A stretch of 64,000 bases of DNA from Streptomyces virus StarPlatinum (lineage: Duplodnaviria; Heunggongvirae; Uroviricota; Caudoviricetes): the IMG/VR virus record IMGVR_UViG_2974628900_000001, positions 60,305 through 124,304 of that record; one strand, written 5' to 3'. This document shows positions 44,417-53,892 of the stretch, one piece after another. The notes under the pieces were generated by a model, which saw only the letters and a program-made list of their open reading frames with translations, searched no databases and was not told the DNA's origin. The position numbers were made by a program, and so were the translations under genes. Each line of letters begins with the position of its first letter. Position 1 is the stretch's first letter.

Positions 44417-44623
44417 ATGGATTATCGGGTGAACGAGGCTCGTAGGAAGGCTCAAGCAGCAGTTGCCAAGGGTAAGTGTGTAAGTCTTGCTGGTCTTCCA
44501 ATAGGTTGCGGAGCGATAGTCTCAGAAAACGATTTCCGAGACGATCTTTCCAGGAGAGAATACAAGATTTCTGGTCTCTGCCAGTCTTGTCAAGACAGAT
44601 TTGAGGCGATGTTTGATGAGTGA
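44417..44623 (+). CDS. zinc-ribbon protein
   Basis: 68 aa from internal ATG; CVSLAGLPIGCG...CQSC. Confidence 0.35.
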   Translation: MDYRVNEARRKAQAAVAKGKCVSLAGLPIGCGAIVSENDFRDDLSRREYKISGLCQSCQDRFEAMFDE

Positions 44624-44826
44624 GAAGGACTTTGTCTGCATGGATTGCGGAACTCCGTTTCCGAATCATGCGCCGACGTGCCCTTGGCACCCTGACAACA
44701 TAGGCAAGCGTTGATTGCACTGACAGCAGGTCTCGTTATCGGGACCTGCGTCTTTGTTTACGGACTCATAGATGGGTTGACAGACCGAGGCAGACGCGAT
44801 ACTGTAGTTACAGATCGAACGAAGGA

Positions 44827-45723
44827 GTGAAGATGCAGCTTCTCATCCTCCGGGGCGTTCCCGGTTGTGGTAAGAGCACCTGGGCACATGACGTGTGGCT
44901 GAGGGAAAACCCGAATGGTGTTCGAGTCAATCGTGATGACATTCGTATGCAGCTCTTTGGCCGGGAGACCGGAGTAGACGAGGAGCTTGTCACTCGAATT
45001 GAGCACGGAATGGTTGATGGGGCTCTGGCAAAGGGCTACTCAGTCATTGTCGATGACACGAACATCCGACACAAGTACATCAAGGAATTCGTAAAGATCG
45101 GTCAGCGTCACGGCGCTAGCGTTGCTGTAAAGCAGTTCGACGTTCCTCTTGAGACGGCAATTGCTCGAAACAAGGCTCGTGCCGAGTCCGGTGGTCGAGA
45201 TGTTCCTGAGTCTGTGATTCGTAGAATGCATCAGTCCCTTAAGTCTAGTGGAGTCTTCACTGATTTCCACACAGACGTTACGGCCGTTCGTCCTTACGAG
45301 CGTCCCGAAGGTGCAGAGAAGGTTTACCTCTTTGACATCGACGGAACTCTTGCTGAGATGAACAATCGTGATCCCTTCAATTGGAGGGAAGTTGGGACGG
45401 ATGATCCACGACGACAGGTGATCCTTACTGCTCAGGCTCACGCCAAGGCGGGATACAAGATCATCGTTATGAGTGGACGAGACGGCTCATGTCGCAATGG
45501 AACAATCGCTTGGCTGGATCTGTACGACATTCCTTTCTCAGAATTGCACATGCGTGCTGAGGGGGATATGCGTAAGGACTCCATCGTCAAGCAAGAGTTG
45601 TTCGATGAGCACATTCGAGACATCTACGATGTTGTGGCTGTCTACGATGATCGTCAGCAGGTTGTTGACATGTGGCGTGCGATGGGCATAGACTGTTTCC
45701 AGGTAGCACCCGGAAACTTCTGA
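44827..45723 (+). CDS. pnk: polynucleotide kinase / 3'-phosphatase (T4 Pnk-like)
   Basis: P-loop GVPGCGKSTWA, RVNRDDIR, HAD phosphatase motif LFDIDGTLAEMN, C-terminal QVVDMWRAMGIDCFQVAPGNF matches T4 [21 protein letters not shown]. Confidence 0.9.
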   Translation: MKMQLLILRGVPGCGKSTWAHDVWLRENPNGVRVNRDDIRMQLFGRETGVDEELVTRIEHGMVDGALAKGYSVIVDDTNIRHKYIKEFVKIGQRHGASVAVKQFDVPLETAIARNKARAESGGRDVPESVIRRMHQSLKSSGVFTDFHTDVTAVRPYERPEGAEKVYLFDIDGTLAEMNNRDPFNWREVGTDDPRRQVILTAQAHAKAGYKIIVMSGRDGSCRNGTIAWLDLYDIPFSELHMRAEGDMRKDSIVKQELFDEHIRDIYDVVAVYDDRQQVVDMWRAMGIDCFQVAPGNF

Positions 45724-45726
45724 CAA

Positions 45727-45750
45727 AAGGGAGCTTCGGCTCCCTTTTGT
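45727..45750 (+). terminator. rho-independent terminator after pnk
   Basis: GGGAGC-TTCG-GCTCCC then TTTTG. Confidence 0.75.
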
Positions 45751-45764
45751 TGTTGGGAGAACAA

Positions 45765-45953
45765 ATGGAAATCATAGGAATAATCACAGTCACTATTCTT
45801 TTTGGATGGCTGGCAGTGATGGGAATCGCCATCAACATGATTCCAGCAGAAATGAAGATGTATCAAAGGCTGCTAGCATTGGCATGGAGTCTCGGATGGA
45901 TCTATCTCTGGTGGATATTTGTTGGTCTTAGAATTGAGGTGAGCTTCAACTGA
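45765..45953 (+). CDS. small membrane protein
   Basis: 62 aa, two hydrophobic helices. Confidence 0.45.
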   Translation: MEIIGIITVTILFGWLAVMGIAINMIPAEMKMYQRLLALAWSLGWIYLWWIFVGLRIEVSFN

Positions 45954-46159
45954 TGTTGCCAAACCCTGAGAAGTACGTTAAGGTCTATACATATCAGACC
46001 AGAAGTTGGTCTGTCCTTGGGACAGATGGTTATCGTCCCGAGATTATTAAGTCTGGCTTCAAGAGTCAAGAGCTTGCAGAAGCTTGGAAGACAGTGTATC
46101 TTGAGAACTACGTCAGGCAAAACATGTTGCGCGGCGACGAAGAGTACGAACTGTCTTGA
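45953..46159 (+). CDS. hypothetical protein
   Basis: 68-aa ORF. Confidence 0.4.
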   Translation: MLPNPEKYVKVYTYQTRSWSVLGTDGYRPEIIKSGFKSQELAEAWKTVYLENYVRQNMLRGDEEYELS

Positions 46160-46213
46160 CAGCAACACTCCAGCACGATAGAGTAGTACCAACAACAACG
46201 ACGAAGGGTCGAA

Positions 46214-46636
46214 ATGAACACTAAGCTTATCCCGTCAGTCATCGCTGGTGCGGTTGTCAGTGCTGTGATTCTGACTGGCTGCAAGGAAGCCAGCAATGAG
46301 TTTAAGCAGGACTGCAAGCAGCGCGGTGGCAAGGTTGTCCGTGAGGATGACTTTGAAGGCGAATACCTCGGTATGGCTCCAATGGCTGTGAGCGTTCCCA
46401 AGCCTCCGCCTGCTACAAAGCCTGCTGCGCCGAAGGCACCGAAGGTTGACAAGCTTCCGAAGAATAGCGCCCCGAAGCCTGCTAAGCCTGCGGCTCCTAA
46501 GACACAGGCTCCGAACGGAAACGACCTGGCCTTTGGTGGCACCACAAAGCCGAAGAAGAACAAGAAGTCCAAGAAGGACGACAACGACTTCCTCTGTGTG
46601 AAGAACGGCGAAGTGCTGTTCGAAGAGGACGAGTAA
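46214..46636 (+). CDS. lipoprotein with Pro/Ala/Lys-rich repeats
   Basis: TTGACA-17-TAGAGTAGT promoter; signal + lipobox LTGC; PKPPPATKPAAPKAPKVDKLPKNSAPKPAKPAAPK. Confidence 0.55.
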   Translation: MNTKLIPSVIAGAVVSAVILTGCKEASNEFKQDCKQRGGKVVREDDFEGEYLGMAPMAVSVPKPPPATKPAAPKAPKVDKLPKNSAPKPAKPAAPKTQAPNGNDLAFGGTTKPKKNKKSKKDDNDFLCVKNGEVLFEEDE

Positions 46637-46662
46637 GATCAACTACTAACGAAAGCTGATCA

Positions 46663-47061
46663 ATGGGACTAATGGATTTCCTCACCGGAGTTGGCAATCC
46701 TCTAAGTGCGACTTCACGCGCTGGACGGAAGCTAGAGAATGAAGCGCTTCGGTGGGCGTGTAATCGATGCAAGCTAAATACTCCGTATTACGTCCGAGCT
46801 GAGATTGCTGATAAGCATAAGGCTACTTATGCTGGCACCAATCCTGACGGATATGTTTACATGGAGTATGTCTTCACCAAGAAGAGTCTGGTTCACAAGA
46901 TTCCAATGACTGATTATGGAACTCGTGCAAATCAGATTTACTACTACTACAATGGTGAAATCACCGATAGGCGTCCGAAGAACTATCTGACAAAGAAGCA
47001 GCTCCGGGAGCTTGAGGCTCGCATCATGAAGGAGTGTCAGGAAGGTTTCACCTTCGACTGA
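46663..47061 (+). CDS. hypothetical protein
   Basis: 132-aa ORF. Confidence 0.45.
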   Translation: MGLMDFLTGVGNPLSATSRAGRKLENEALRWACNRCKLNTPYYVRAEIADKHKATYAGTNPDGYVYMEYVFTKKSLVHKIPMTDYGTRANQIYYYYNGEITDRRPKNYLTKKQLRELEARIMKECQEGFTFD

Positions 47062-47222
47062 TGGCAGAGTACACAAAGGGCGATAAGGTTGAATTTATCC
47101 GAGGTCGCCTAGATGGTAAAAGGGGTAAGGTCAAGTTCGTCACCGCTCATGGCAAGTTGCTTGTTGACTTGAATGAGGGCGGAGATGTATACTGTAACCC
47201 AGAAGATGTTAAGCCTGCGTAA
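47061..47222 (+). CDS. small KOW/SH3-like protein (family member)
   Basis: 53 aa, KGDKVEFIRGRLDGKRGKVKFVTAHG. Confidence 0.45.
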   Translation: MAEYTKGDKVEFIRGRLDGKRGKVKFVTAHGKLLVDLNEGGDVYCNPEDVKPA

Positions 47223-47231
47223 GCAGGCCCC

Positions 47232-47313
47232 GCGCCCATGGTGGAATGGCAGACACACTAGGCTGAGACCCTAGGCTCGAATGAGCGTCCGAGTTCGATT
47301 CTCGGTGGGCGTA
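47232..47313 (+). tRNA. tRNA-Leu (anticodon GAG), type II
   Basis: Acceptor gcgccca/tgggcgt, anticodon stem ctagg/cctag, loop ctGAGac, 14-nt variable arm; GCCTGC-gtaa-GCAGGC hairpin upstream. Confidence 0.75.
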
Positions 47314-47314
47314 C

Positions 47315-47518
47315 ATGGCAAAATACAGAGTAGGCCAGCAAATTGTTGTAACACAATTTGTTCAGAAGGGCGTTGAGTATGCCGGACGCCGAGGCTTTGT
47401 TGAGATTGTAGAGAGCCGAGGACGATATACGGTCCTCCTTTATGAAACAGAGTACAATGGGATCAAAGTCCCTGAATGCACTATCGATGTCAGGGAAAAC
47501 AACATCCGAAAAGCTTAA
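47315..47518 (+). CDS. small KOW/SH3-like protein (family member)
   Basis: ATG 2 nt after tRNA-Leu; 67 aa, VGQQIVVTQFVQKGVEYAGRRGFV. Confidence 0.45.
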   Translation: MAKYRVGQQIVVTQFVQKGVEYAGRRGFVEIVESRGRYTVLLYETEYNGIKVPECTIDVRENNIRKA

Positions 47519-47652
47519 GGAATCAAATGAGCTGGTGGGCAATCGTTCTCATTACTCTTGGCTGTGTAGCATCAGTCGGGTTTGGTTTGTTTGTATGGGC
47601 AATGATCCGTGTGGCTAAGTCTCCTGGTAACTGGGGACTCTGAAAGGATAAA

Positions 47653-47874
47653 ATGAGCACTGATTTCAAGAAGTTCGTAGAGGCTGGAAAGATTCTCGGC
47701 ACGATGGTTCTTGATGTTGCCGAGCTTGTTCTTCTTGCTCGAAAGGCTGACACCGCGCAGCGTAAGGCGGCTGAGGCGTACATGAGCGCTTACGAAGAGC
47801 AAAAGGGTAAGGTCAAGAGCAAGGAAGACTGGACCGTCTTCTACAACGGCGTAAAGAAGCGTCTGACGGTTTGA
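47653..47874 (+). CDS. hypothetical protein
   Basis: 73-aa ORF. Confidence 0.4.
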   Translation: MSTDFKKFVEAGKILGTMVLDVAELVLLARKADTAQRKAAEAYMSAYEEQKGKVKSKEDWTVFYNGVKKRLTV

Positions 47875-47900
47875 ACAATGGGAGTGGCAACACTCCACCA

Positions 47901-47971
47901 ACCCGCTTAGTTCAATGGTAGAGCGCCTGCTCGACACGCAGGGGACGGGAGTTCGATTCTCCCAGTGGGTA
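47901..47971 (+). tRNA. tRNA-Val (anticodon GAC)
   Basis: Acceptor acccgct/agtgggt, anticodon stem cctgc/gcagg, loop tcGACac (C33 unusual); GGAGTG-gcaa-CACTCC hairpin upstream. Confidence 0.6.
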
Positions 47972-47993
47972 CTCCATCGACCGAAGGGTTTCA

Positions 47994-48431
47994 ATGAATC
48001 TCATTCGAGCCGAGCGCCTTGCGCGCGATCTTATGTGGGAATTCGACCTTTTCACTAGAGGTTGGGATTTCGGTTGGAATCGTATGGTAAAGACATACGG
48101 AACAACTTATCACATGCAGAAGATGATTAAGCTGTCAAAGACCTGCACTCCGAATCTTACAGAAGATCAGGTTGACAACGTCATTCGACATGAAATTGCA
48201 CACGCTCTGGTTGGGCCGGGGCATGGTCACAATGCAATTTGGCGGGCAAAGGCAATCGAGATTGGTTGTACAGGAAATACCTGTGAAAACTACACTCCTG
48301 CTACGCCAAAGTGGAAGGCTGTTTGTCCTGATGGACATACCGCTGGAACACGTTACCGACGACCGGCACGAGGTAGAATCCTTGTTTGTGCCGTTCACCG
48401 CAAGCAAGTCGATTGGGTAGCCAATGGATAA
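47994..48431 (+). CDS. SprT-like zinc metalloprotease domain protein
   Basis: HExxH in VIRHEIAHALV, SprT-like YGTTYHMQKMIKLS, C-terminal Cys/His cluster. Confidence 0.65.
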   Translation: MNLIRAERLARDLMWEFDLFTRGWDFGWNRMVKTYGTTYHMQKMIKLSKTCTPNLTEDQVDNVIRHEIAHALVGPGHGHNAIWRAKAIEIGCTGNTCENYTPATPKWKAVCPDGHTAGTRYRRPARGRILVCAVHRKQVDWVANG

Positions 48432-48624
48432 ACATGAAGTAAGAGTTGCCATGATTGTTGCGTCTGTGTTCATCGCACTGTTTGCGACAATTGGAATTGC
48501 TGTCAACTACAATGATTACCTAAAGAATCAGACCATCCAGAAGTGTATTGCTTCTGACAAGGTCTGGGGCGAGGGCTCCTGTGTTGACAACGTAGAAGAT
48601 CTCAAGTATATTGATAATGACTGA
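48424..48624 (+). CDS. small membrane protein
   Basis: 66 aa, N-terminal TM helix, Cys pair. Confidence 0.4.
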   Translation: MDKHEVRVAMIVASVFIALFATIGIAVNYNDYLKNQTIQKCIASDKVWGEGSCVDNVEDLKYIDND

Positions 48625-48644
48625 TCAAAGGCCGCAAGGCCGAT

Positions 48645-48718
48645 GGCCCTGTAGCAGAATGGCATATGCGGCGGTCTCAAACACCGCGTCAATGTGGGTT
48701 CGAGTCCCATCAGGGCTA
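48645..48718 (+). tRNA. tRNA, class I body with anticodon CAA (Leu-like anticodon)
   Basis: Acceptor ggccctg/cagggct, perfect anticodon stem gcggt/accgc, loop ctCAAac, 6-nt variable loop; GGCC-gcaa-GGCC hairpin upstream. Confidence 0.55.
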
Positions 48719-48719
48719 C

Positions 48720-48947
48720 ATGGAATATACACTAGGTAAGGCACCGAAGGGTTACGAGTGGTCTCTTGAGCATGCAGATGGAGATCCGCTATTCACTGGT
48801 CGCAAAGGAACAACTTACGGAATCATTGTGACCAAGAATGGCAAGTTTGTAGAACGTCGAGGGGTATTTGTTCCAGCGGAGAGCGAGAAGGACACACAGT
48901 CCTTTATCACCGCAATGGAAGAAAGCCTTCGTCAGTCTCTTAAGTGA
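48720..48947 (+). CDS. small KOW/SH3-like protein (family member)
   Basis: ATG 2 nt after tRNA; 75 aa, GRKGTTYGIIVTKNGKFVERRGV. Confidence 0.45.
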   Translation: MEYTLGKAPKGYEWSLEHADGDPLFTGRKGTTYGIIVTKNGKFVERRGVFVPAESEKDTQSFITAMEESLRQSLK

Positions 48948-48953
48948 GACATT

Positions 48954-49044
48954 GGAAGTGTGGCTGAGTCCGGTTTAAGGCGCATCACTGCTAATGATGT
49001 GAGTGAATTAAGTAGCTCCGCAGGTTCGAATCCTGTCACTTCCG
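48954..49044 (+). tRNA. tRNA-Ser (anticodon GCT), type II
   Basis: Perfect acceptor ggaagtg/cacttcc, anticodon stem catca/tgatg, loop ctGCTaa, long variable arm. Confidence 0.8.
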
Positions 49045-49062
49045 CAATGATATAATCTTCAC

Positions 49063-49356
49063 ATGGAGATTAATCGTCATAGAAAAGAGGGGAGCTTTGT
49101 TAGGCGTCACAGTCTTTCACTAGCTCTCCTCTTTGTTTTCGTTTTGCAGTCTATTATCGTATGGTTCTCAGGTTATGAAGACTGGGCCGGTGATCAGATG
49201 GTTCACAACCAACCTGTTGACATCTGGCCCGGTTACCTGATACATTGGATCTATGAAATGGCAGTCAGCCTAGTAGCTGACACATATGGCGCACTCGTGC
49301 TGGTTCTCTTTGCTAAATGGTTTTATGAACAGGGTAGCCCAGAGAGCGAGGATTAA
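49063..49356 (+). CDS. membrane protein
   Basis: 97 aa, hydrophobic helices. Confidence 0.45.
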   Translation: MEINRHRKEGSFVRRHSLSLALLFVFVLQSIIVWFSGYEDWAGDQMVHNQPVDIWPGYLIHWIYEMAVSLVADTYGALVLVLFAKWFYEQGSPESED

Positions 49357-49470
49357 TGTTTTATTTGAACTGTAGTCGCTGTGGTCCCCACTATAGCGAC
49401 GACGACTACATGGAAGACGGAGTATGCGCCCCGTGCATCCTTGTAGAGATTACTGAGGAGTTGGGACTAT

Positions 49471-49677
49471 ATGAGAAAGACGAAGTGGATTAAGCCTGGC
49501 AATCGTGTGATGGACCGGGCTTACATGTATGACAAGAGTGGCAATGTCCACACTGGTGAAGCTCTATTGCTAGCGCTACTCCTGCATGCCAAGGGAAAGA
49601 CTCGGCGCGGCGAGAAGGAGCTTCTAGAAGTAAGCAAGATTATGAAGGACCCGAATCTACCAAAGGACAAGAAGTGA
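49471..49677 (+). CDS. hypothetical protein
   Basis: 68-aa ORF. Confidence 0.4.
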   Translation: MRKTKWIKPGNRVMDRAYMYDKSGNVHTGEALLLALLLHAKGKTRRGEKELLEVSKIMKDPNLPKDKK

Positions 49678-50057
49678 TTCAGAGCGAACTTCCCGTAGAG
49701 GTTACCCGTCTTGAGTGGCATTACATCGACATGGAAGAGTTCATTCAGAAGCTTTACGGTCAGAAGTGGGAAGGCGGGGCCGCTCTAGGCTTCCCTGCTC
49801 AGGACACCTATCATGACTTTGACGTCGATGGTGGAAGTGTGTATGATGGAATCAATGACGAAGGCAACGAGGTCAATGCTCTTTGGATGGATGAGGGGCA
49901 TACCTACGATCAGGCCAAGGCTGTGATTGAACAGTTTAAGGTTGAGGGAATGCCCAGGGAAGAATATGCTAATCCTGGTGCTGAACTGATGCTCAATTGG
50001 CTTTGCCATGAAGGTCACATTCCTGCGGGCAAGTACCGCATTATTGTTTGGTGGTGA
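49674..50057 (+). CDS. hypothetical protein (tandem paralogue 1, C-terminus IPAGKYRIIVWW)
   Basis: 127 aa; C-terminal motif shared with next ORF. Confidence 0.45.
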   Translation: MIQSELPVEVTRLEWHYIDMEEFIQKLYGQKWEGGAALGFPAQDTYHDFDVDGGSVYDGINDEGNEVNALWMDEGHTYDQAKAVIEQFKVEGMPREEYANPGAELMLNWLCHEGHIPAGKYRIIVWW

Positions 50058-50323
50058 CAATGTTTCATCCGAAGCGCGAAGTGTATTACACCATTGACGC
50101 ATTCGATCTGAATGAGCTTGTCGAAGGTGAGTTCGGATTTGCTTGGGATTTCGTTGCTGCGGAAGAGTGCAGCAATGACAGTGCCCATGTGATTCATCCT
50201 GATTCAAGTGGTCTTAGTGAAGACGACGAGATTCAGTACGTTCCGGCTCGAACCATCATTGGTGAACTTGTGAAGCGAGAGATTCTTCCTTCTGGTAAGT
50301 ATCTCGTGGAGGTGTGCTGGTAA
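50048..50323 (+). CDS. hypothetical protein (tandem paralogue 2, C-terminus LPSGKYLVEVCW)
   Basis: 91 aa. Confidence 0.45.
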   Translation: MVVTMFHPKREVYYTIDAFDLNELVEGEFGFAWDFVAAEECSNDSAHVIHPDSSGLSEDDEIQYVPARTIIGELVKREILPSGKYLVEVCW

Positions 50324-50790
50324 TGGGTTGGGGATCAGGAACAAGCTACTTTGACGTGCCTCTAGATCTCATGCTAGAGTATGTCCCAGAAGACAAGCGC
50401 AAGGAAGTGGTTGAGGCTCTTTACAACCACGTGCGTGACGGAGACTGGGATACAGTTGACGAATCCGCATACTGGGATTTGCTTGTCGAATACGACATTG
50501 ACGGCTACGGAAAGTATAAAATGACCTACGTTCAGCGTGCCATTGAGACTCTTAGTGAAAGGCTGAGTCTTCCCAATGAGCTGATGGATCTGTATACCCT
50601 GCTTGTTCTTGTGAAGGGTGAAGAGACTACCCTCAAGGACGTGCACGATGCTTGGGCAATTTGGAAGAATCGGATTCGTCCAGATCATCACTCAATTATT
50701 CCATTCGAGGAGCTGACCGAAGAGGTTCAGCAGCTTGACAAGAAGTATGCAGATGCTATCATTGAGACTGCATATGAACTTGAGGACTAA
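50314..50790 (+). CDS. hypothetical acidic protein
   Basis: 158-aa ORF. Confidence 0.45.
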   Translation: MLVMGWGSGTSYFDVPLDLMLEYVPEDKRKEVVEALYNHVRDGDWDTVDESAYWDLLVEYDIDGYGKYKMTYVQRAIETLSERLSLPNELMDLYTLLVLVKGEETTLKDVHDAWAIWKNRIRPDHHSIIPFEELTEEVQQLDKKYADAIIETAYELED

Positions 50791-50992
50791 GCAAAGAAAT
50801 GTGGGCAAGTGTAAGTGTGGTCGGGATAAGCTAACTGGCCACCTTCGCACTTACAATGGATACGACAAGAATCTCTGTCCGCAGTGCAATGCTGAAAGAA
50901 TCATTTATGAAATCACGGGTCGCACTCCTGCTGACCATCTTGATAGCAATCGGAGCGCTGGGAAATCTGGCGCTGATGATAGCACTAAATGA
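50774..50992 (+). CDS. zinc-ribbon protein
   Basis: 72 aa from internal ATG; CKCGRD...CPQC. Confidence 0.35.
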   Translation: MNLRTKQRNVGKCKCGRDKLTGHLRTYNGYDKNLCPQCNAERIIYEITGRTPADHLDSNRSAGKSGADDSTK

Positions 50993-51023
50993 GGCAGAGC
51001 AGCAATTCGTAAAGGAAATAAAT

Positions 51024-51191
51024 GAGATACAGTGATATGCGCGAAGATATGCCGATCAAGCACAGGGAGACCGGCAGAACAGCAGTAATTGCTAAGGTCA
51101 AGAACGGTAAGTTCCAGATCGTAGACAGCAAGGGTCACACTGAAACGCTTGACAGATATTACGCTGGTGAGTGGGAGCGCAATGGCTAACG
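51024..51191 (+). CDS. small hypothetical protein
   Basis: RBS GTAAAGGAAA; 55 aa. Confidence 0.35.
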
Positions 51192-51550
51192 GAGAATCGA
51201 CCGGTCTTTCTAAGAAGGACCGGTCATTCCTGTCTCTTGCGATGGAGTTGTCTGCCAACTCTAACATGAAGCAGAAGCACGGAGCTGTCATTGTTAGGTC
51301 TGGTAGGGTTCTGTCCCGAGGCTGGAACACGTTGAAGAACGATCCTAGCAATGTCAGTGATGAGCACATTGAGCGCTTCTGCTCTGTGCATGCCGAAGCA
51401 ATGGCCATTGCCCGGTGCAAGAAGGCCGCTGGAGCAATTATTTATATCGCCCGGAGCAAGGATGGGCAGCCTGTTTTCTCAAAGCCCTGCGACGCCTGTG
51501 ACAAGGCGATCAGGCTTGCTGGCATCAAGCGCGTTGTGTATACGTCTTGA
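51182..51550 (+). CDS. CMP/dCMP-type zinc deaminase
   Basis: HAE zinc ligand (CSVHAEAMAI) and PCDACDKAI motif. Confidence 0.75.
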   Translation: MANGESTGLSKKDRSFLSLAMELSANSNMKQKHGAVIVRSGRVLSRGWNTLKNDPSNVSDEHIERFCSVHAEAMAIARCKKAAGAIIYIARSKDGQPVFSKPCDACDKAIRLAGIKRVVYTS

Positions 51551-51604
51551 CGAAGTGATCAGCACTGTGTTAATGTTGTACTAACAACGAACGAAAGGAA
51601 CGAC

Positions 51605-52375
51605 ATGGCAAAGATCATGATCGCTGGTGACTGGCATGGCGATACAGTTCATGCCCGTAAGACTGTCCGACGTGCGGATGCCATGGGTGTTCGTAAGATC
51701 ATGCAGGTTGGTGACTTCGGTTACTGGGAGCATGATGAGGATGGCGTTACGTACCTTGACGCTCTGAATGAGGAGTGCCGGAAGTACGGAATCAAGGTCT
51801 ATTTCGTTGCTGGTAACCATGAGAATTGGGATCGACTCGACTGGCTTGAGAAGAACAACCCCAAGACTTACAATGGTTTGACAATCATCCGAAGCCATAT
51901 CCGTTACACTGGACGAGTGAACCGGTGGCGTTTCGATGATCGTTGGTTCCAGGCTGTAGGCGGCGCGGTGTCAATTGACAAGAATCATCGTAAGCTTGGT
52001 AAGACTTGGTGGGCGCAGGAGGCTGTTCCGGAGAGGGTCGTCAAGACTCTTGAGATCCAGGGCAACCAGTCTGACATTCTTCTTACTCATGACTGTCCGA
52101 CTCATGCACCATTTGGTTTCCGGTTGAAGGATGATCCTGATTCAACGGCTCATCGTCAGCTCATGGACAGGGTGGGTCGAGTTGTTCGGCCTACATTGTG
52201 GTTTCACGGTCACTATCACACGTGGATGGAGAATTATCCATTCGCTCATCAGCTTGGTGAGGCCAGCGTTTACGGCCTTGAGATGAACGGGATGTTCTAC
52301 AACTACTGTGTTCTTGACACGAACAACCTGTCTGTCCAGACTGCTACTGGAAAGGTCAACCATCTGCTTGCTTGA
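51605..52375 (+). CDS. calcineurin-like metallophosphoesterase (Ser/Thr phosphatase-like)
   Basis: GDWHGD, GDFGYW, GNHE motifs in order. Confidence 0.8.
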   Translation: MAKIMIAGDWHGDTVHARKTVRRADAMGVRKIMQVGDFGYWEHDEDGVTYLDALNEECRKYGIKVYFVAGNHENWDRLDWLEKNNPKTYNGLTIIRSHIRYTGRVNRWRFDDRWFQAVGGAVSIDKNHRKLGKTWWAQEAVPERVVKTLEIQGNQSDILLTHDCPTHAPFGFRLKDDPDSTAHRQLMDRVGRVVRPTLWFHGHYHTWMENYPFAHQLGEASVYGLEMNGMFYNYCVLDTNNLSVQTATGKVNHLLA

Positions 52376-52461
52376 TCCGCCTCATAAACAAGTCTGTGTT
52401 ATTCTTTTAGAGAATTCTTCAAGAATGCGCAGACTTGAAGACAAGGAGGTGAAAGTAAAAG

Positions 52462-52827
52462 ATGGCAGATAACAAGGATTACCAGTACAAGTCTTCACAG
52501 GACGTTGTTGCACCACATCTTGACCCGCTAGCGGGCGAGGATGCAAAGCGTGCTGAGGAGGCCGGTGTAAAGGATTCCGCATACGTTGACTACGAGGTAG
52601 CTCTAGACAATTACCAGTCTCGTCCAGACGTTGAGACCCTAGCGGCTCGTCGTGCACGTGAGGCAGGTTGGAAGTTTGAAGATGCTGCATTCCGTCGTTC
52701 TGTAGAGGATGACGAGCTAACCGGTGGTGGTGTAGTAACCACTGACAATGCAACCGGAAAGACAGCTACTAAGGAAGACGCTAAGACTGATGCGAATTCC
52801 TCACCAGCTCGTAAGTCAAGCAAGTAA
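52462..52827 (+). CDS. hypothetical acidic protein
   Basis: 121-aa ORF. Confidence 0.45.
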   Translation: MADNKDYQYKSSQDVVAPHLDPLAGEDAKRAEEAGVKDSAYVDYEVALDNYQSRPDVETLAARRAREAGWKFEDAAFRRSVEDDELTGGGVVTTDNATGKTATKEDAKTDANSSPARKSSK

Positions 52828-52917
52828 TCAGACTTTGTAGTACAATTGAACAGGGAGGATCTTTCCTCTCTGTTCTTTTGTATCTTACAAACAAATAAGC
52901 ACTATCTAAGGAAAAAC

Positions 52918-53157
52918 ATGTCTGTTGTTCTGGATTACAATTCAGCCGATAAGTTCGTCACTGAGCAGCGCAAGCTAAACAATGATGTTCGATGGGAAGG
53001 CTGGACACTAGTATTCTTCCGCAAGAGTCGCAAGAATCTCGGTTGGAACAAGCGTGAAGGCGCTTACCGAAATGGCAACTGGGGCTTTGAGACTCGCGTA
53101 GCGGTGGACAATGATGGGAAGTGGAGGGTACCTTCTCGCAATGTCCGGAATTCTTGA
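52918..53157 (+). CDS. hypothetical basic protein
   Basis: RBS AAGGAAAAAC; 79 aa. Confidence 0.4.
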   Translation: MSVVLDYNSADKFVTEQRKLNNDVRWEGWTLVFFRKSRKNLGWNKREGAYRNGNWGFETRVAVDNDGKWRVPSRNVRNS

Positions 53158-53452
53158 ACAGAGGGGCATAAGTCCGGATGAAGTACAGTGGGAAGACTTG
53201 GCTCTGTGTCGTGGTCTTCCCACTTCCTTCTTCTTCGAGACTTACGAAGAGGATAAAATCTCTGCCCGATACGTAGATGAAATGTGCCTTCGCTGTCCAG
53301 TCATGAAGCAATGTGCAATGGCAGCCAAGGAGAACTCAGGCTTCGGAGTCTGGGGCGGCGTTTACTGGAACGCTGCTAGAGTAGACAAGTATCGCAATGC
53401 TCATAAGACTCCGGAAACATGGGAGAGAATCAAGGAAAGGCTGAGTGAATGA
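53141..53452 (+). CDS. whiB: WhiB-like (Wbl) Fe-S transcription factor
   Basis: Four Cys arranged LCRGLP...FFFE...CLRCPVMKQCAMAA, matching the WhiB C-x(n)-C-x2-C-x5-C pattern; family largely restricted to Actinobacteria and their phages. Confidence 0.6.
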   Translation: MSGILEQRGISPDEVQWEDLALCRGLPTSFFFETYEEDKISARYVDEMCLRCPVMKQCAMAAKENSGFGVWGGVYWNAARVDKYRNAHKTPETWERIKERLSE

Positions 53453-53757
53453 GCGTAGAGAATGCTTTTGCGCTCATGGCCGTAGATAACGCTAGGAAGG
53501 CGTTCAGGGAATTCAGGTTTGAGCCGGGTACAGGATTCACATGTGACCTTGTTCAATACCCTGCAACGCAGCACGACGTTCCTAACTTCGCTCTGCGAGC
53601 CTACAGCAGCACCTTTGATCACCTCTCTGAACACAACAGGATGTTGATCACCGAGCAGATCAGCGACCTGATTAAAAAGATCCGTTCTCTTGGTGTAAAC
53701 TGTATTTTGGAGGTCCATGATGCACCGGGAAAGCCAAGTGGTTCTGGTAGTCAGTGA
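53449..53757 (+). CDS. hypothetical protein
   Basis: 102-aa ORF. Confidence 0.45.
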   Translation: MSVENAFALMAVDNARKAFREFRFEPGTGFTCDLVQYPATQHDVPNFALRAYSSTFDHLSEHNRMLITEQISDLIKKIRSLGVNCILEVHDAPGKPSGSGSQ

Positions 53758-53892
53758 AGGTGTCTACGGAATTATCACCGAAGTTCATAGCTATATGTGC
53801 AAGGTGCAGTATTCCGTAGGAGGAATCGAATTCAACGAGTATTTCGATAACGATGACCTTGAGGTCATTGGAGAGATTGGATATGAAGAGGA

